This document shows, piece after piece, positions 39,856-49,924 of a stretch of DNA of 64,000 nucleotides. The stretch covers positions 43,946 to 107,945 of the forward strand of contig JBBDWO010000028.1 of NCBI GenBank assembly GCA_040902765.1, written 5' to 3'. The first letter of the stretch is position 1. The number at the start of each line of letters is the position of its first letter. Made by a program: the position numbers and the translations under genes. The stretch is from Acidimicrobiia bacterium. Its GTDB lineage: Bacteria; Actinomycetota; Acidimicrobiia; Spongiisociales; UBA11373. The notes under the pieces were generated by a model. The model had not been told where the DNA came from and did not search any database. It saw only the letters and a program-made list of their open reading frames with translations.

Positions 39856-40637
39856 TGGGAGAGTTCTCCCGAGCGACCGCGATCACATCGAGCGGGGAGC
39901 GGTCTTTCGCCGCGGTGATTCCGCCCGGCTGGGACATCGTCGGCAGGGTCAATGGCGGCTACCTGATGGCGGTCGCGGCGCGCGCCTCTGCTGCGCTCAG
40001 CGGACGGCCGGCGCCGGTGACCATGACCGCCCACTTCCTCGCCCCTGCGGTTGCGGGTCCGGTGGCGGTGACCGCCGAGGTCCTGAAGGCGGGAAAGCGG
40101 TTCTCCACGGTTCGGGCCGCAGTCGCCGGGGATCGGACCATCCTCGAGGCGCTGGGGACGTTCGGAGACGGTGACGGGGTCTATGAAGGTTACGAGCGGA
40201 TCGACGGCGGGCCACCGGATCTGCCCGAGCCCGACGACTGCATCGAGGTTCTGCCCACGGAGACGTTCCCGCCGCCGTTCGTCGGACGAATCGAGATGCG
40301 TATCCATCCGGACAACGCCGCCTTCGGCGGTACGGGTCGGCCGCGGGTGTCGGGGTGGGTGCGGCTGCGGGACGGCGAGCCCATCGACGAGGTGGCGCTG
40401 CTGATGCTGGCGGACAGTTTCCCCCCGGCCGTCTTCTTCACCGACGCGTCGGTCGGATGGGTGCCGACGGTCGAACTCACCGTGCACGTGCGGCGGCGTC
40501 CGGTACGGGGATGGTTGCGCGGCGTCTTCACCAGTCACTTCATCACCGACGGGATGCTGGAGGAGGACGGCGAACTCTGGGACGAGAGCGGACGCCTGGT
40601 GGCACAGTCCCGCCAGTTGGCGCTGGTGCCGCGGTAG
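39852..40637 (+). CDS. Acyl-CoA thioesterase II-like (double hot-dog)
   Basis: Weak recalled similarity to the TesB-like thioesterase superfamily; the length and position are typical. Confidence 0.55.
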   Translation: MMGEFSRATAITSSGERSFAAVIPPGWDIVGRVNGGYLMAVAARASAALSGRPAPVTMTAHFLAPAVAGPVAVTAEVLKAGKRFSTVRAAVAGDRTILEALGTFGDGDGVYEGYERIDGGPPDLPEPDDCIEVLPTETFPPPFVGRIEMRIHPDNAAFGGTGRPRVSGWVRLRDGEPIDEVALLMLADSFPPAVFFTDASVGWVPTVELTVHVRRRPVRGWLRGVFTSHFITDGMLEEDGELWDESGRLVAQSRQLALVPR

Positions 40638-40645
40638 CGGTCCTA

Positions 40646-40738
40646 AGGGGGTGCGCGAATAGGTCGCTGGCTTCATCAGGTTTCGGCTTACCACAAGCCG
40701 AAACCTGATCCCGGGGCGAGCCTATTCGCGCACCCCCT
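40646..40738. repeat. 93-nt nested palindrome: outer 18-bp perfect stem (AGGGGGTGCGCGAATAGG / CCTATTCGCGCACCCCCT), inner 15-bp perfect stem (ATCAGGTTTCGGCTT / AAGCCGAAACCTGAT), 6-nt loop
   Basis: Read from the sequence; lies between the thioesterase stop and the dps start; no T-tract. Confidence 0.75.
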
Positions 40739-40831
40739 ACGCGGTGTTCGCGAAAGGAAGGGTCTTTGGTCGGTTCCGCCTAGGCCCGCTGGTGCCGTAG
40801 GTTGGTGGTGAGCGATCGAAAGGGTTACTCG

Positions 40832-41302
40832 ATGAGCATCCGTACCGAGGCGGGCAGAAAGGCCCGCGCCGGGATCGCAGCGGCGCTGTCGACGCTGCTG
40901 GCCGACAGCTACACGCTGTACCTGAAGACTCAGAACTATCACTGGAACGTCGAAGGACCGCAGTTTCACGCCCTGCACAACATGTTCGAGGAGCAGTACG
41001 TCGAGCTACGCGAGGCCGTCGACCGGATCGCCGAACGCATTCGGGCGCTGGGATTCCTCGCCCCCGGAAGCTTTGCGTCGTTTGCAGAGCTGACCAGCAT
41101 CGGCGAGGCGACCGACGGCATCACCCCGGCCGGGGACATGGTCCGAACCCTTGCCGAGGGTCATGAGACCCTGGCGGAGACCGCCCGGACGGCAGTCGAG
41201 GAAGCCGAGAAGGCCGTCGACGTGGCGACGGCCGATCTCGCCACCAATCGGGTCGAGATACACGAGAAGACGGCGTGGATGCTGCGGGCGATGAGCGCCT
41301 GA
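40832..41302 (+). CDS. dps: Dps (DNA-binding ferritin-like protein)
   Basis: LADSYTLYLKTQNYHWNVEGPQFHALHNMFEEQY ferroxidase-site region. Confidence 0.8.
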   Translation: MSIRTEAGRKARAGIAAALSTLLADSYTLYLKTQNYHWNVEGPQFHALHNMFEEQYVELREAVDRIAERIRALGFLAPGSFASFAELTSIGEATDGITPAGDMVRTLAEGHETLAETARTAVEEAEKAVDVATADLATNRVEIHEKTAWMLRAMSA

Positions 41303-41376
41303 GACCTGTCGGTCCGGACCGGCGCGTCAGGTGCGGGGGCTTGACCAGGTCAGTTCGGACCGGTCGCGGACGGGGG

Positions 41377-41667
41377 TCATGCGTCCGTCACCATGGCGTC
41401 GATGGTCGACGCGAGTCCGATGTCGCGGTCGGTGAGAGCCTTCGCCGAGTGCGTGGACAGGGTCAGGGTGACCCGGTTCCACCTGATGTCGATGTCCGGA
41501 TGATGGTCGGCCGCCTCGGCGGCGATGGCGACGCGCACGACGAAGCCGACGGCCTCGGCGAAGTCGTCGAAGGTCAGGGTTCGAGTCATCTCCTCGCCGC
41601 GCAGCTCCCAATCGGGATGGGTGTCGGTGAGCCGTGCCCTGCTGGCCTTGTCGAGTGGTGTTGCCAT
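41377..41667 (-). CDS. Pterin-4a-carbinolamine dehydratase
   Basis: Core [EDKH]-x3-H-[HN]-P (AADHHPDIDIRWNRVTL); 96 aa from the internal Met; the upstream ORF extension is spurious; hand-indexed start may be off by one (see summary). Confidence 0.75.
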   Translation of the reverse strand: MATPLDKASRARLTDTHPDWELRGEEMTRTLTFDDFAEAVGFVVRVAIAAEAADHHPDIDIRWNRVTLTLSTHSAKALTDRDIGLASTIDAMVTDA

Positions 41668-41756
41668 AGCCCGGCATTCTGGCCGATTCCCGGCCGAATG
41701 GCATCTCCGCACGACCGCGCTAGCGTGCGCGGGACCGAGACGAAGGAACTCTCCAC

Positions 41757-42167
41757 ATGCGCCGCCTGCTTGTCCTGTGTGCCGTATTGCTCGTCGCCGG
41801 GTGTGGCGGCTCAGGAGGGACGACGACCACGCAGGGCGCGACGGGCCCCCAATCCGTGACCGTGACGCTGGAGGACTACTTCTTCGCTCCAGAGTCGGTG
41901 ACGGTGACCGCCGGGGCCACGGTGAACGTGACCGGTGACAACCCATCCGGTACCGATCACACCTGGACGGTGCTCACCGCCGGGGACGAGGTGTCGACCG
42001 CGGTCGGGCTTCCCGAGGAGAGGATCCTGTTCCAGGTGTACGGGACGCCCGGATCGTCGGCCGTGGGTTCGTTCGTGGCACCCGAGCCAGGCATCTACCA
42101 GGTCATCTGCACGACCTCCGGCCACGTCGAGTTGGGGATGACCGGCACGCTCGTGGTGAGCGGCTAG
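41757..42167 (+). CDS. Cupredoxin-like lipoprotein
   Basis: Lipobox LLVAGCGG; C-terminal C-x5-H-x4-M (ICTTSGHVELGM) type-1 copper-like ligand spacing. Confidence 0.6.
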   Translation: MRRLLVLCAVLLVAGCGGSGGTTTTQGATGPQSVTVTLEDYFFAPESVTVTAGATVNVTGDNPSGTDHTWTVLTAGDEVSTAVGLPEERILFQVYGTPGSSAVGSFVAPEPGIYQVICTTSGHVELGMTGTLVVSG

Positions 42168-42249
42168 GGAGGGGCCAGGAGCGAGGGGCGAGGAGCCGCC
42201 TGCTCTGCTGTCCGGTGCCTGCTCCCTCGTCCCTCGTCCCTCATCCCTT
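42167..42249. terminator. Inverted heptamer-repeat hairpin (GCGAGGGGCGAGGA ... TCCCTCGTCCCTCG) between the cupredoxin gene and recO
   Basis: Forward GAGGGGC-type units followed by their reverse complements (CCCTCGT)x2; predicts a long GC hairpin. Confidence 0.6.
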
Positions 42250-42267
42250 TGGCTCTAGCCTGTCTCC

Positions 42268-42984
42268 ATGGGCCTCCGTTCCGACCAGGGGATCGTGCTG
42301 CGCGGATATCCGTTCGGTGAGGCCGATCGGGTCGTCGTGATCGCCAGCCCCAATTCGGGCAAGGTTCGGGCCGTGGCGAAGGGGGTCCGTAAGACGAAGA
42401 GTCGGTTCGGCGGGCGCCTCGAGCCGTTTACCCACGTCGATCTGGTCCTCTATGAGGGTCGCAACCTGGACACGATCACCCAGGTCTCGGTGATCGAAGG
42501 ATTCCCTGCCCTTCGAGCCGACCTGGAGCGCGTGCTGGCGGCGGGCACCATGGTCGAAGCGATCGATGCGGTGATCCAGGAGAAGGAGTCTGCGTTGCGG
42601 GCGTTTCTCCTCCTGCAACGCGGGCTGCGGGCGCTCGAGGCCGGCCCACGGCACCCCGACCTGGTGGCGTCGTTCCTCCTCAAAGTTGCCGACGTGGTCG
42701 GCGTGGCGCCATCGTTCGATCGATGCGCCGGGTGCGGTCGGCCGGATCGTCTCTCCCGGTTCTCGTTCGCCGGTGGCGGCATCCTGTGCGAGGACGAGGC
42801 CGCAGAGGGCGCGGTGCCGCTGCGGGCCGGGCTCACCGCCTACCTGCAACGGATCGCTTCGGCCGATCTGGCCGATCTGCCCGAGGCCGACCCCGGGTTC
42901 GTCGGCGAGGCGATGGGAGTGACCAGGCGCTTCCTGGAGTACCACCTGGATCGCCGGCTCACCTCTCTCAGTGTCGATGTCTGA
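42268..42984 (+). CDS. recO: DNA repair protein RecO
   Basis: N-terminal OB fold and C-terminal Cys4 zinc site (CAGCG...C). Confidence 0.85.
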   Translation: MGLRSDQGIVLRGYPFGEADRVVVIASPNSGKVRAVAKGVRKTKSRFGGRLEPFTHVDLVLYEGRNLDTITQVSVIEGFPALRADLERVLAAGTMVEAIDAVIQEKESALRAFLLLQRGLRALEAGPRHPDLVASFLLKVADVVGVAPSFDRCAGCGRPDRLSRFSFAGGGILCEDEAAEGAVPLRAGLTAYLQRIASADLADLPEADPGFVGEAMGVTRRFLEYHLDRRLTSLSVDV

Positions 42985-43690
42985 TCCTCGCCACGTCGCC
43001 ATCGTGATGGATGGCAACGGCCGCTGGGCGGAGGCGCGTGGGCTACCGAGGACAGCGGGACACGCCGCCGGAGAGGAGGCGCTGTTCGAAGTGGTCCACG
43101 GTGCGCTCGGGCTCGGCATCGAGTGGCTCACCGTGTTCACGTTCTCCACGGAGAACTGGTCCCGCCCTGACGACGAAGTGGCCTTCCTCATGGGCTTCAA
43201 GGAGAATCTCCTGACTCGACGCCGAGACGAGCTGCACGAACTCGGCATACGGGTGCGCTTCCTCGGAGACCGGAACGACCCGCGCGTGGGTGATCGCCTC
43301 CGGGAGAACATCGCGGCCGCCGAGACGCTGACCGCCGGCAACACGGCGATGACCATGGTGTTCGCCTTCAACCACGGTGGTCGTGCGGAGATCGTCGAAG
43401 CGGCTCGCCGCCTCTCGGTCGATGTGGCCGAGGGGAAGCTCGCCGCCGAGGAGATCGACGAGGCAGCCCTGCTCGCTCGTTTCGAGATCCCGGAGATGCC
43501 CGATCCGGACCTCGTGATCCGCACCAGCGGGGAGCATCGCCTCAGCAACTTCCTCCTGTGGCAGGCCGCCTACAGCGAGCTGGTGTTCACCCCGACGCTG
43601 TGGCCCGACTTCCGAACCGAGCATCTCGTCGCCTGCGTGGAGGAGTACCGACGCCGGGACCGCCGATTCGGCAAGGTCACCGACGGCTAA
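42971..43690 (+). CDS. uppS: Isoprenyl transferase (undecaprenyl diphosphate synthase)
   Basis: HVAIVMDGNGRWA substrate-binding motif. Confidence 0.85.
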   Translation: MSMSDPRHVAIVMDGNGRWAEARGLPRTAGHAAGEEALFEVVHGALGLGIEWLTVFTFSTENWSRPDDEVAFLMGFKENLLTRRRDELHELGIRVRFLGDRNDPRVGDRLRENIAAAETLTAGNTAMTMVFAFNHGGRAEIVEAARRLSVDVAEGKLAAEEIDEAALLARFEIPEMPDPDLVIRTSGEHRLSNFLLWQAAYSELVFTPTLWPDFRTEHLVACVEEYRRRDRRFGKVTDG

Positions 43691-43711
43691 CCAGCTGACG
43701 ACAGGAACTCT

Positions 43712-43845
43712 CTCCCCCCGTAGGGGGGAGTCCCGTAGGGAGCGCAGCGACCGGAGGGGAGGGGGGAGGGCGAACGCTACGTGGGCCTCGCGACGGGTCT
43801 GGCCTCCCCCTCCGTCATCGGCCTTCGGCCGCTGCCACCTCCCCT
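43712..43845. repeat. 134-bp GC-rich repeat unit (copy A), begins with hairpin CTCCCCCC-GTA-GGGGGGAG
   Basis: Near-identical to copy B at 45159-45292; the two differ only in the loop and at one other base. Confidence 0.8.
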
Positions 43846-45158
43846 CAGTGTCATAGTTGGGGGGTGTCTGGTGGGTCTGGCTCTCCACCTCCCTGCCCTC
43901 TCGTTGTGGGTTGTGGCTTTCGTAGGTTGTGCCGGCCCACCGGACGCGCCGAACCGGCAGGCGAGGCTTGATAGGAGCTTGGCTTCCCGCCTCAACTGAG
44001 GCTTGCCCACCGGCCGGTTCTGGCGGTCATCCCTACTGAAAGGAGACGGGATCATGGTGGTCATCGGAATCGACGCGCACAAGCGCACCCATACGGCAGT
44101 GGCAGTGGATCACAACGGGGTTGAGCTTGGAACCAAGACGGTGGCGGCTAACTCGGTGGGGCATCTGGAGCTGGTGCGTTGGGCTCGCAGGTGGGGTGAA
44201 CAGGTTCGGTTCGGGGCAGAGGACTGCCGTCATGTCACTCGACGGCTCGAAGCTGACTTGGTGCGTGCCGACGCGCAGGTGGTTCGGGTTCCTCCCAAGC
44301 TGATGGCCGGGACTAGGCGTAGCGTCAGGGCACGAGGCAAGTCGGATCCCATCGACGCGCTCGCGGTGGCCCGGGCGGTGCTGCGCGAACCGGGGCTGCC
44401 GGTAGCACGGTTGGATCAAGACGAGTTAGAGATCCGTCTGCTCGTCGATCACCGCGAAGACCTTGTGGCGCAACGCACCGCGATCATCAACCGGCTGCGT
44501 TGGCACCTCTACGACCTGGACCCGACCCTCGAGGACACCTGCAAGAACCTGACGTCGCTGCGGGCCCTCGACACGGTCGCCCAAGCCCTCACGACTATGA
44601 GTGGGGTGAGAGCCGAGATCGCCTCCGACCTCGTTGCCCGATGCCAGGAACTCACCGCGGCCGGAACGGCCCTCGAAAAGCAGATCACCACCCGGATCAA
44701 ACCGCTGGCACCATCCCTGCTGGCCCTGCATGGCTGCGGGCCACTCACCGCAGCCAAGATCGTCGCAGAGACAGCCTCGGTAACCCGGTTCCGGGACCGC
44801 AACGCCTACGCCCGCCACAACGGCACCGCCCCAATACCCGTGTGGTCAGGCAACACCAACCACCATCGACTCAACCGAGGCGGCAACCGGCAACTCAACG
44901 CCGCGTTGCATCGCATCGCCATCACCCAACTCCGAACCCCCGGACCCGCACGAGACCTCATCGAACGCGTCACCGCCTCAGGCAAAACCAAACGAGACGC
45001 CCTACGAATCCTGCGACGCCGACTATCCGACGTCGTCTACAAAAGCCTCCTCACCGACCATCACGCCCACCACGCTATAACCAGCCTCGCCGAAGCCGCT
45101 TGACATAGGAGCAACCTGCGGGGGAGGGGACCGCGTGATGGGGTTTTTTTTGCGGTTC
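43846..45158 (+). mobile_element. IS110-family insertion sequence (about 1.3 kb), boundaries approximate
   Basis: Single DEDD transposase ORF; about 200 bp of 5' non-coding end; bounded by the two 134-bp repeats; inserted in the conserved uppS-glyS interval. Confidence 0.7.
44054..45103 (+). CDS. IS110-family transposase (DEDD_Tnp_IS110 plus Transposase_20)
   Basis: MVVIGIDAHKRTH N-terminus with catalytic Asp; C-terminal HhH GVGPLTAAKIVAE...RFRD; RBS AAAGGAGACGGG. Confidence 0.85.
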   Translation: MVVIGIDAHKRTHTAVAVDHNGVELGTKTVAANSVGHLELVRWARRWGEQVRFGAEDCRHVTRRLEADLVRADAQVVRVPPKLMAGTRRSVRARGKSDPIDALAVARAVLREPGLPVARLDQDELEIRLLVDHREDLVAQRTAIINRLRWHLYDLDPTLEDTCKNLTSLRALDTVAQALTTMSGVRAEIASDLVARCQELTAAGTALEKQITTRIKPLAPSLLALHGCGPLTAAKIVAETASVTRFRDRNAYARHNGTAPIPVWSGNTNHHRLNRGGNRQLNAALHRIAITQLRTPGPARDLIERVTASGKTKRDALRILRRRLSDVVYKSLLTDHHAHHAITSLAEAA

Positions 45159-45292
45159 CTCCCCCCGAAGGGGGGAGTCCCGTAGGGAGCGCAGCGACCG
45201 GAGGGGAGGGGGGAGGGCGAACGCTACGTGGGCCTCGCGACGGGTCTGGCCTCCCCCTCCGTCAGCGGCCTTCGGCCGCTGCCACCTCCCCC
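45159..45292. repeat. 134-bp GC-rich repeat unit (copy B) with terminal hairpins CTCCCCCC-GAA-GGGGGGAG and CTCCCCC-TTC-GGGGGAG
   Basis: Direct repeat of 43712-43845. Confidence 0.8.
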
Positions 45293-45417
45293 TTCGGGGG
45301 AGCAAAGTCAGAACGGGTCGCCCCCCATCCGCGCGCCCCCAAGTACCAGGTACTCTGGGCCTCTCGGCCCGAGACGACTAGCCCCTGCCGTACGCCACCG
45401 GTTTATCCTCCGCACCC

Positions 45418-46728
45418 ATGCCTGCCCCGTCCCTCGAGACCATCGTCAACCTGTCGAAGCGCCGTGGCTTCGTCTTCCCGTCGTCGGAGATCTACGGCGG
45501 TCTTCGCTCGGCCTGGGACTACGGCCCGCTCGGGGCCGAGCTGCTGCGCAATATCCGCGACGCCTGGTGGACCACGATGGTGCGTGACCGCGACGACGTC
45601 GTCGGCCTCGATTCGGCGATCCTGCAGAGTCGACAGGTGTGGGTGGCTTCGGGCCACGAGGCGTCGTTCACCGACCCCCTCGTCGAGTGCACGTCATGCA
45701 ATCACCGGTTTCGGCTCGACAAGCTGGAGGAGCCGGACCTTTGCCCCAACTGCGGCACCCGTGGCGCCTTCACCGAGCCCCGTGCCTTTCACTTGATGCT
45801 CAAGACCTTCCTCGGTCCGGTGGAGGAGGACGCGGCGGTGGTGTACCTGCGCCCCGAGACCGCTCAGGGCATCTTCATCAACTACGAGAACGTGCGCCGA
45901 ACGGCGCGCCTGAGGCTCCCATTCGGGATCGCCCAGATCGGCAAGGCGTTCCGCAACGAGATCACCCCGGGGCAGTTCGTGTTTCGCACCCGGGAGTTCG
46001 AGCAGATGGAGATGGAGTACTTCTGCCGACCCGAGGAGTCCCAGCAGTGGCACGAGTACTGGCTGGAGGCCCGGATGCAGTGGTTCGTCGACCTGGGCAT
46101 GACCGCCGACAACCTGCGCCTGCGGGCCCACGACGACGACGAGTTGTCGCACTACTCCAGCGCCACCAGCGACCTCGAGTACCGGTTCCCGTGGGGATGG
46201 GACGAGCTGGAGGGCATCGCCCATCGCGGTGACTTCGACCTGCGCGCCCACAGCGAGCACAGCGGGGCCGACCTTCGGTACTACGACCAGGAGAACGACG
46301 AGCATTTCTTCCCGCATGTGATCGAGCCGGCGGTGGGCGTGACCCGCTCCGCTTTCGCCTTCCTCATGGATGCCTACGACGAGGACGAGGTGGGTGGGGA
46401 GGCCCGGGTAGTGCTGCGGCTGCACCGGCGGCTGGCCCCGATCAAAATCGCCATCTTGCCCCTCTCGAAGAAGGACGACCTCGTTGGGGTGACCTCACGC
46501 GTGGCATCCCTGCTGCGACGCCGGTGGGCGATCGAGGTGGATGTGACCCAGTCGATCGGCCGTCGGTACCGCCGGCAGGATGAGATCGGCACTCCGTACT
46601 GCGTCACCGTGGACTTCGACACCCTCGACGACGACGCGGTGACCATCCGCGACCGGGACACCACCGAGCAGGTGCGGATCCCGATCGATGGGCTGGTCGA
46701 TCACTTCACCACCGTGCTCGACGCCTGA
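45418..46728 (+). CDS. glyQS: Glycyl-tRNA synthetase (dimeric class II)
   Basis: Class II motifs and a zinc-binding insertion CTSCNHRF...CPNCG. Confidence 0.9.
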   Translation: MPAPSLETIVNLSKRRGFVFPSSEIYGGLRSAWDYGPLGAELLRNIRDAWWTTMVRDRDDVVGLDSAILQSRQVWVASGHEASFTDPLVECTSCNHRFRLDKLEEPDLCPNCGTRGAFTEPRAFHLMLKTFLGPVEEDAAVVYLRPETAQGIFINYENVRRTARLRLPFGIAQIGKAFRNEITPGQFVFRTREFEQMEMEYFCRPEESQQWHEYWLEARMQWFVDLGMTADNLRLRAHDDDELSHYSSATSDLEYRFPWGWDELEGIAHRGDFDLRAHSEHSGADLRYYDQENDEHFFPHVIEPAVGVTRSAFAFLMDAYDEDEVGGEARVVLRLHRRLAPIKIAILPLSKKDDLVGVTSRVASLLRRRWAIEVDVTQSIGRRYRRQDEIGTPYCVTVDFDTLDDDAVTIRDRDTTEQVRIPIDGLVDHFTTVLDA

Positions 46729-46770
46729 GCGGCCCCGTGTGAGGTGATGGGCAGCCGGTAACCTCGCTTC

Positions 46771-48543
46771 ATGGCCTATCGGCGGGAAGACATCGAACGC
46801 GTCCGCGATGCCACCGATCTGGTCGAACTGGTCGCCGAGATCACCAAGGTCAAGCGAAGCGGCCGCAGCGTCATGGCGGTGTGCCCGTTCCATCAGGAGA
46901 AGACGCCCTCGATGTCGGTGGATGCCGCTCGCGGCCTCTACCACTGCTTCGGCTGCGGCAAGAGCGGGGATCTCTTCACCTGGGTGCAGGAGACGCAGGG
47001 ACTCGACTTCTCCGACTCGCTGGAACTGCTGGCACGCCGGGCCAACGTCACCCTCCAGCGCGATCCCGAGGCGGCCAAGCGCCGTGATCGGCGCGAGCTG
47101 CTGGTCGATGCCACCGAGAAGGCGGTGTCGTTCTACGTGGAGCGGCTCCGAGAGGGCAGGGACGCCGGGGGAGCCCGTGGCTACCTGCGGGGGCGTGGGT
47201 ACGACGCCGACGTGGTCGACCGGTTCCGACTCGGCTACAGCCCGCAGAGCGGAGACGCCCTGGTGGGCCATCTCCGGGCGCACAAGGTGCCCGAAGACGT
47301 GATGGTCACGGCGGGCCTGGCGATCCGGGCGGGCACGGGCCGGGTGTTCGATCGATTCCGCGGAAGGATCATGTTCCCGATCTTCGACGTCCGGGGCGAT
47401 GCCGTCGGATTCGGGGCGCGTCTCCTCGACGGCGACGGTCCCAAGTACCTGAACTCGCCGGAGACGCCCATCTACCGCAAGTCGCAGCTGCTCTACGGAC
47501 TCAACTGGGCGAAGGGTGAGATGGTCCGTGCCGGTAACGCGGTCGTCGTCGAGGGCTACACCGACGTCATCGCCTTGCACCTGGCCGACATGCCGGTGGC
47601 GGTGGCCACCTGTGGCACCGCTCTCGGCGAGGAGCACCTGGATCTGCTCCGACGGTTCACCGAACGGGTGGTGCTCATGTTCGACGCCGACGCCGCCGGT
47701 GAGGGCGCCAGCATCCGGGGCTTCGACCGCAGTGTTCCCGGTGACCTCGACCTGAGGGTCGCCTCCCTGCCCGTCGGCAGGGATCCGGCTGACGTGGTTG
47801 CGGCGGGTGAGGTCGAGCTGCTGGCATCGGCGGTGCGGGATTCCACCCCGCTGATGCAGACCCGGATCGAGGCCGAACTGGCGCGGTTCGACTACCAACA
47901 CGACCACGAGGCGGCGGCGAGAGCGCTGCGGGCAGCGGCGGCGATCGTCGCCACCCACCCGGACCGGACCGCTCGGACCGAGTATGCGCGTTTCCTGGCG
48001 AATCGCCTGGTGACCCGGTCGGTCGACGAGGTCGTGGAGCTGGTCGAGTCGCTGCACGCCACCCGGGCACGGTCGAGTGTGCCGGGTGAGGGCGCACCGA
48101 AGCCGGAGCGGGAGTTGACCGGGATCGAGAAGGCCGAGCGCGAACTGCTCCGGCTGCTGCTGGCGAACGATCCCGGGGTGCGGGACATCGACGCCGCCGG
48201 ATGGTTCGGTCTACCGGACCACGCCGCCGCCTTCGAGCTCATCGCCCCTGCCCTCACCGGGCTGGAGCCGGGCGAGCCTCCCGACCTGGGGTCGCTGCTC
48301 GGTTCCGACGAGTCCCCGAGTGCCGCCACCCTGCGTGCCCTCGCCCTGCTCGACGTGCCACTGCCACAGGCCGACGAGGTCATTCGCCGGGTCCGGGTAG
48401 GGGCCCTCGACCGCGAGATCCACTCGCTCAAGGTGAGGCTCGCCGGGGTCGACGCCGACCGCGAACCCGAGGCACATTCCACTGTCTTCGGCGAGTTGAT
48501 AGCGTTGGAGCGTCGGCGCCGCGAACTGTGGAGTTCCTCCTGA
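46771..48543 (+). CDS. dnaG: DNA primase
   Basis: Zinc-ribbon [13 protein letters not shown]...CFGCG; TOPRIM domain EGYTDVIAL. Confidence 0.9.
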   Translation: MAYRREDIERVRDATDLVELVAEITKVKRSGRSVMAVCPFHQEKTPSMSVDAARGLYHCFGCGKSGDLFTWVQETQGLDFSDSLELLARRANVTLQRDPEAAKRRDRRELLVDATEKAVSFYVERLREGRDAGGARGYLRGRGYDADVVDRFRLGYSPQSGDALVGHLRAHKVPEDVMVTAGLAIRAGTGRVFDRFRGRIMFPIFDVRGDAVGFGARLLDGDGPKYLNSPETPIYRKSQLLYGLNWAKGEMVRAGNAVVVEGYTDVIALHLADMPVAVATCGTALGEEHLDLLRRFTERVVLMFDADAAGEGASIRGFDRSVPGDLDLRVASLPVGRDPADVVAAGEVELLASAVRDSTPLMQTRIEAELARFDYQHDHEAAARALRAAAAIVATHPDRTARTEYARFLANRLVTRSVDEVVELVESLHATRARSSVPGEGAPKPERELTGIEKAERELLRLLLANDPGVRDIDAAGWFGLPDHAAAFELIAPALTGLEPGEPPDLGSLLGSDESPSAATLRALALLDVPLPQADEVIRRVRVGALDREIHSLKVRLAGVDADREPEAHSTVFGELIALERRRRELWSSS

Positions 48544-49676
48544 TCACCGAAGACGAGGTCCTCGAAACGCTGAGCCAACGGGCCCGTCAGCGCGGGTTCC
48601 TGATGATGGCCGAGATCCTCCAGGAGCTCGAGGACGCCGAGGTGTCGCCCGAGGCGTTCGATCGGGTTTTCGACGCGCTCCAGTCGCAGTCGGTGGAGGT
48701 CCGCGAAGACTCCCCGGAGGACCACTACGGGACGACCCCGGACAGCGAAGGCATCGAGGTCAGCGACGCGGTGCGCATGTACCTCCAGGAGATCGGGCGG
48801 GTGCCGCTGCTCGACACTCAGGCCGAGGTCGAGCTGTCGATGCAGATGGAGTCGGGGATCAGGGCGGTCGAGAAGCTGGCCACCGCACCCGACGATCTCG
48901 CCACCGCCGAGCGGGTGATCCTGGAGCGTTCGGTTCGCCAGGGAGCGCGCGCCCAGCAGCACCTCGTCGAATCGAATCTGCGGCTGGTCGTGTCGATCGC
49001 CAAGAAGTACGTGGGGCGGGGGATGCCGCTGCTCGATCTCATCCAGGAAGGCAACCTTGGCCTGATGCGGGCGGTGCAGAAGTTCGACTACCGCCGTGGC
49101 TTCAAGTTCTCCACCTACGCCTCGTGGTGGATTCGCCAGTCGGTGACCCGGGCCCTCGCCGATCAGGGCCGCACCATTCGGGTCCCGGTGCACATGGTGG
49201 AGGCGATCAACAAGCTCGCTGCCGCTCAGCGCAACCTGAGCCAGGCCCTGCACCGCGAGCCGACGATCGAGGAGATCGCCGAGGATCTCGAACTGGAGCC
49301 GTCCAAGGTCAGCGAGCTGCGTCGCATTGCTCAGGACCCGTTGTCCCTGGAGACGCCATTGGGGGGCGATGACGATTCGGCAACGCTCGGCGACTTCGTC
49401 GAGGACTACGACGCCGAGGCACCGGTGGCGGCAGCATCGTTCCGGCTCCTCCAGGATTACCTGCGGATGGCCCTCGAAGAGCTGAGCGAACGCGAGCGGC
49501 AGGTGCTCGTCATGCGTTTCGGGATCGCCGACGGCCAGGTGCGCACCCTCGAGGAGGTTGGTCGCCACTTCAAGGTCACCCGGGAACGGGTGCGTCAGCT
49601 CGAGACGAAGGCCCTGGCAAAGCTCAGACAGCCCGCCAGGGCGGATCGTCTCCGGGGGTATCTGGGGGACGGGTAG
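48528..49676 (+). CDS. Principal-type sigma-70 factor (RpoD/SigA-like)
   Basis: Region 1.2 [16 protein letters not shown], region 2 ...[14 protein letters not shown], region 4 HTH; start codon uncertain (GTG at 48528 or ATG at 48603). Confidence 0.8.
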   Translation: MEFLLITEDEVLETLSQRARQRGFLMMAEILQELEDAEVSPEAFDRVFDALQSQSVEVREDSPEDHYGTTPDSEGIEVSDAVRMYLQEIGRVPLLDTQAEVELSMQMESGIRAVEKLATAPDDLATAERVILERSVRQGARAQQHLVESNLRLVVSIAKKYVGRGMPLLDLIQEGNLGLMRAVQKFDYRRGFKFSTYASWWIRQSVTRALADQGRTIRVPVHMVEAINKLAAAQRNLSQALHREPTIEEIAEDLELEPSKVSELRRIAQDPLSLETPLGGDDDSATLGDFVEDYDAEAPVAAASFRLLQDYLRMALEELSERERQVLVMRFGIADGQVRTLEEVGRHFKVTRERVRQLETKALAKLRQPARADRLRGYLGDG

Positions 49677-49721
49677 CGTCCGGCCGGGCAGACGAGCCTT
49701 GCGCGAGTAGACCCGACGCGC

Positions 49722-49755
49722 GGAATAGACCGGCCGTTGCCGACCGGTCTATTCC
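49722..49755. terminator. Hairpin GGAATAGACCGG-N10-CCGGTCTATTCC between convergent genes
   Basis: 12-bp perfect stem, read from the sequence. Confidence 0.5.
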
Positions 49756-49780
49756 CTCACGGGAGGTGTCTCGGTGCCTC

Positions 49781-49924
49781 CTAGACGCGTGCGCGTCTTC
49801 CGAGCAGGGCGCCCACGATCAGGAGCACCAGGCTCACGATCAGGAGCCACTTGAGGGCTCCGACGAACAGTCCCACACCGCCGACCACCAACGCCAGTAG
49901 GAGGATCAATATTGCGATCCCCAT
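49781..49924 (-). CDS. 47-aa hydrophobic small membrane protein (two predicted TM helices)
   Basis: MGIAILILLLALVVGGVGLFVGALKWLLIVSLVLLIVGALLGRRARV; its ATG overlaps the CsbD stop (TGATG); not in the ORF track because it is under 60 aa. Confidence 0.4.
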   Translation of the reverse strand: MGIAILILLLALVVGGVGLFVGALKWLLIVSLVLLIVGALLGRRARV

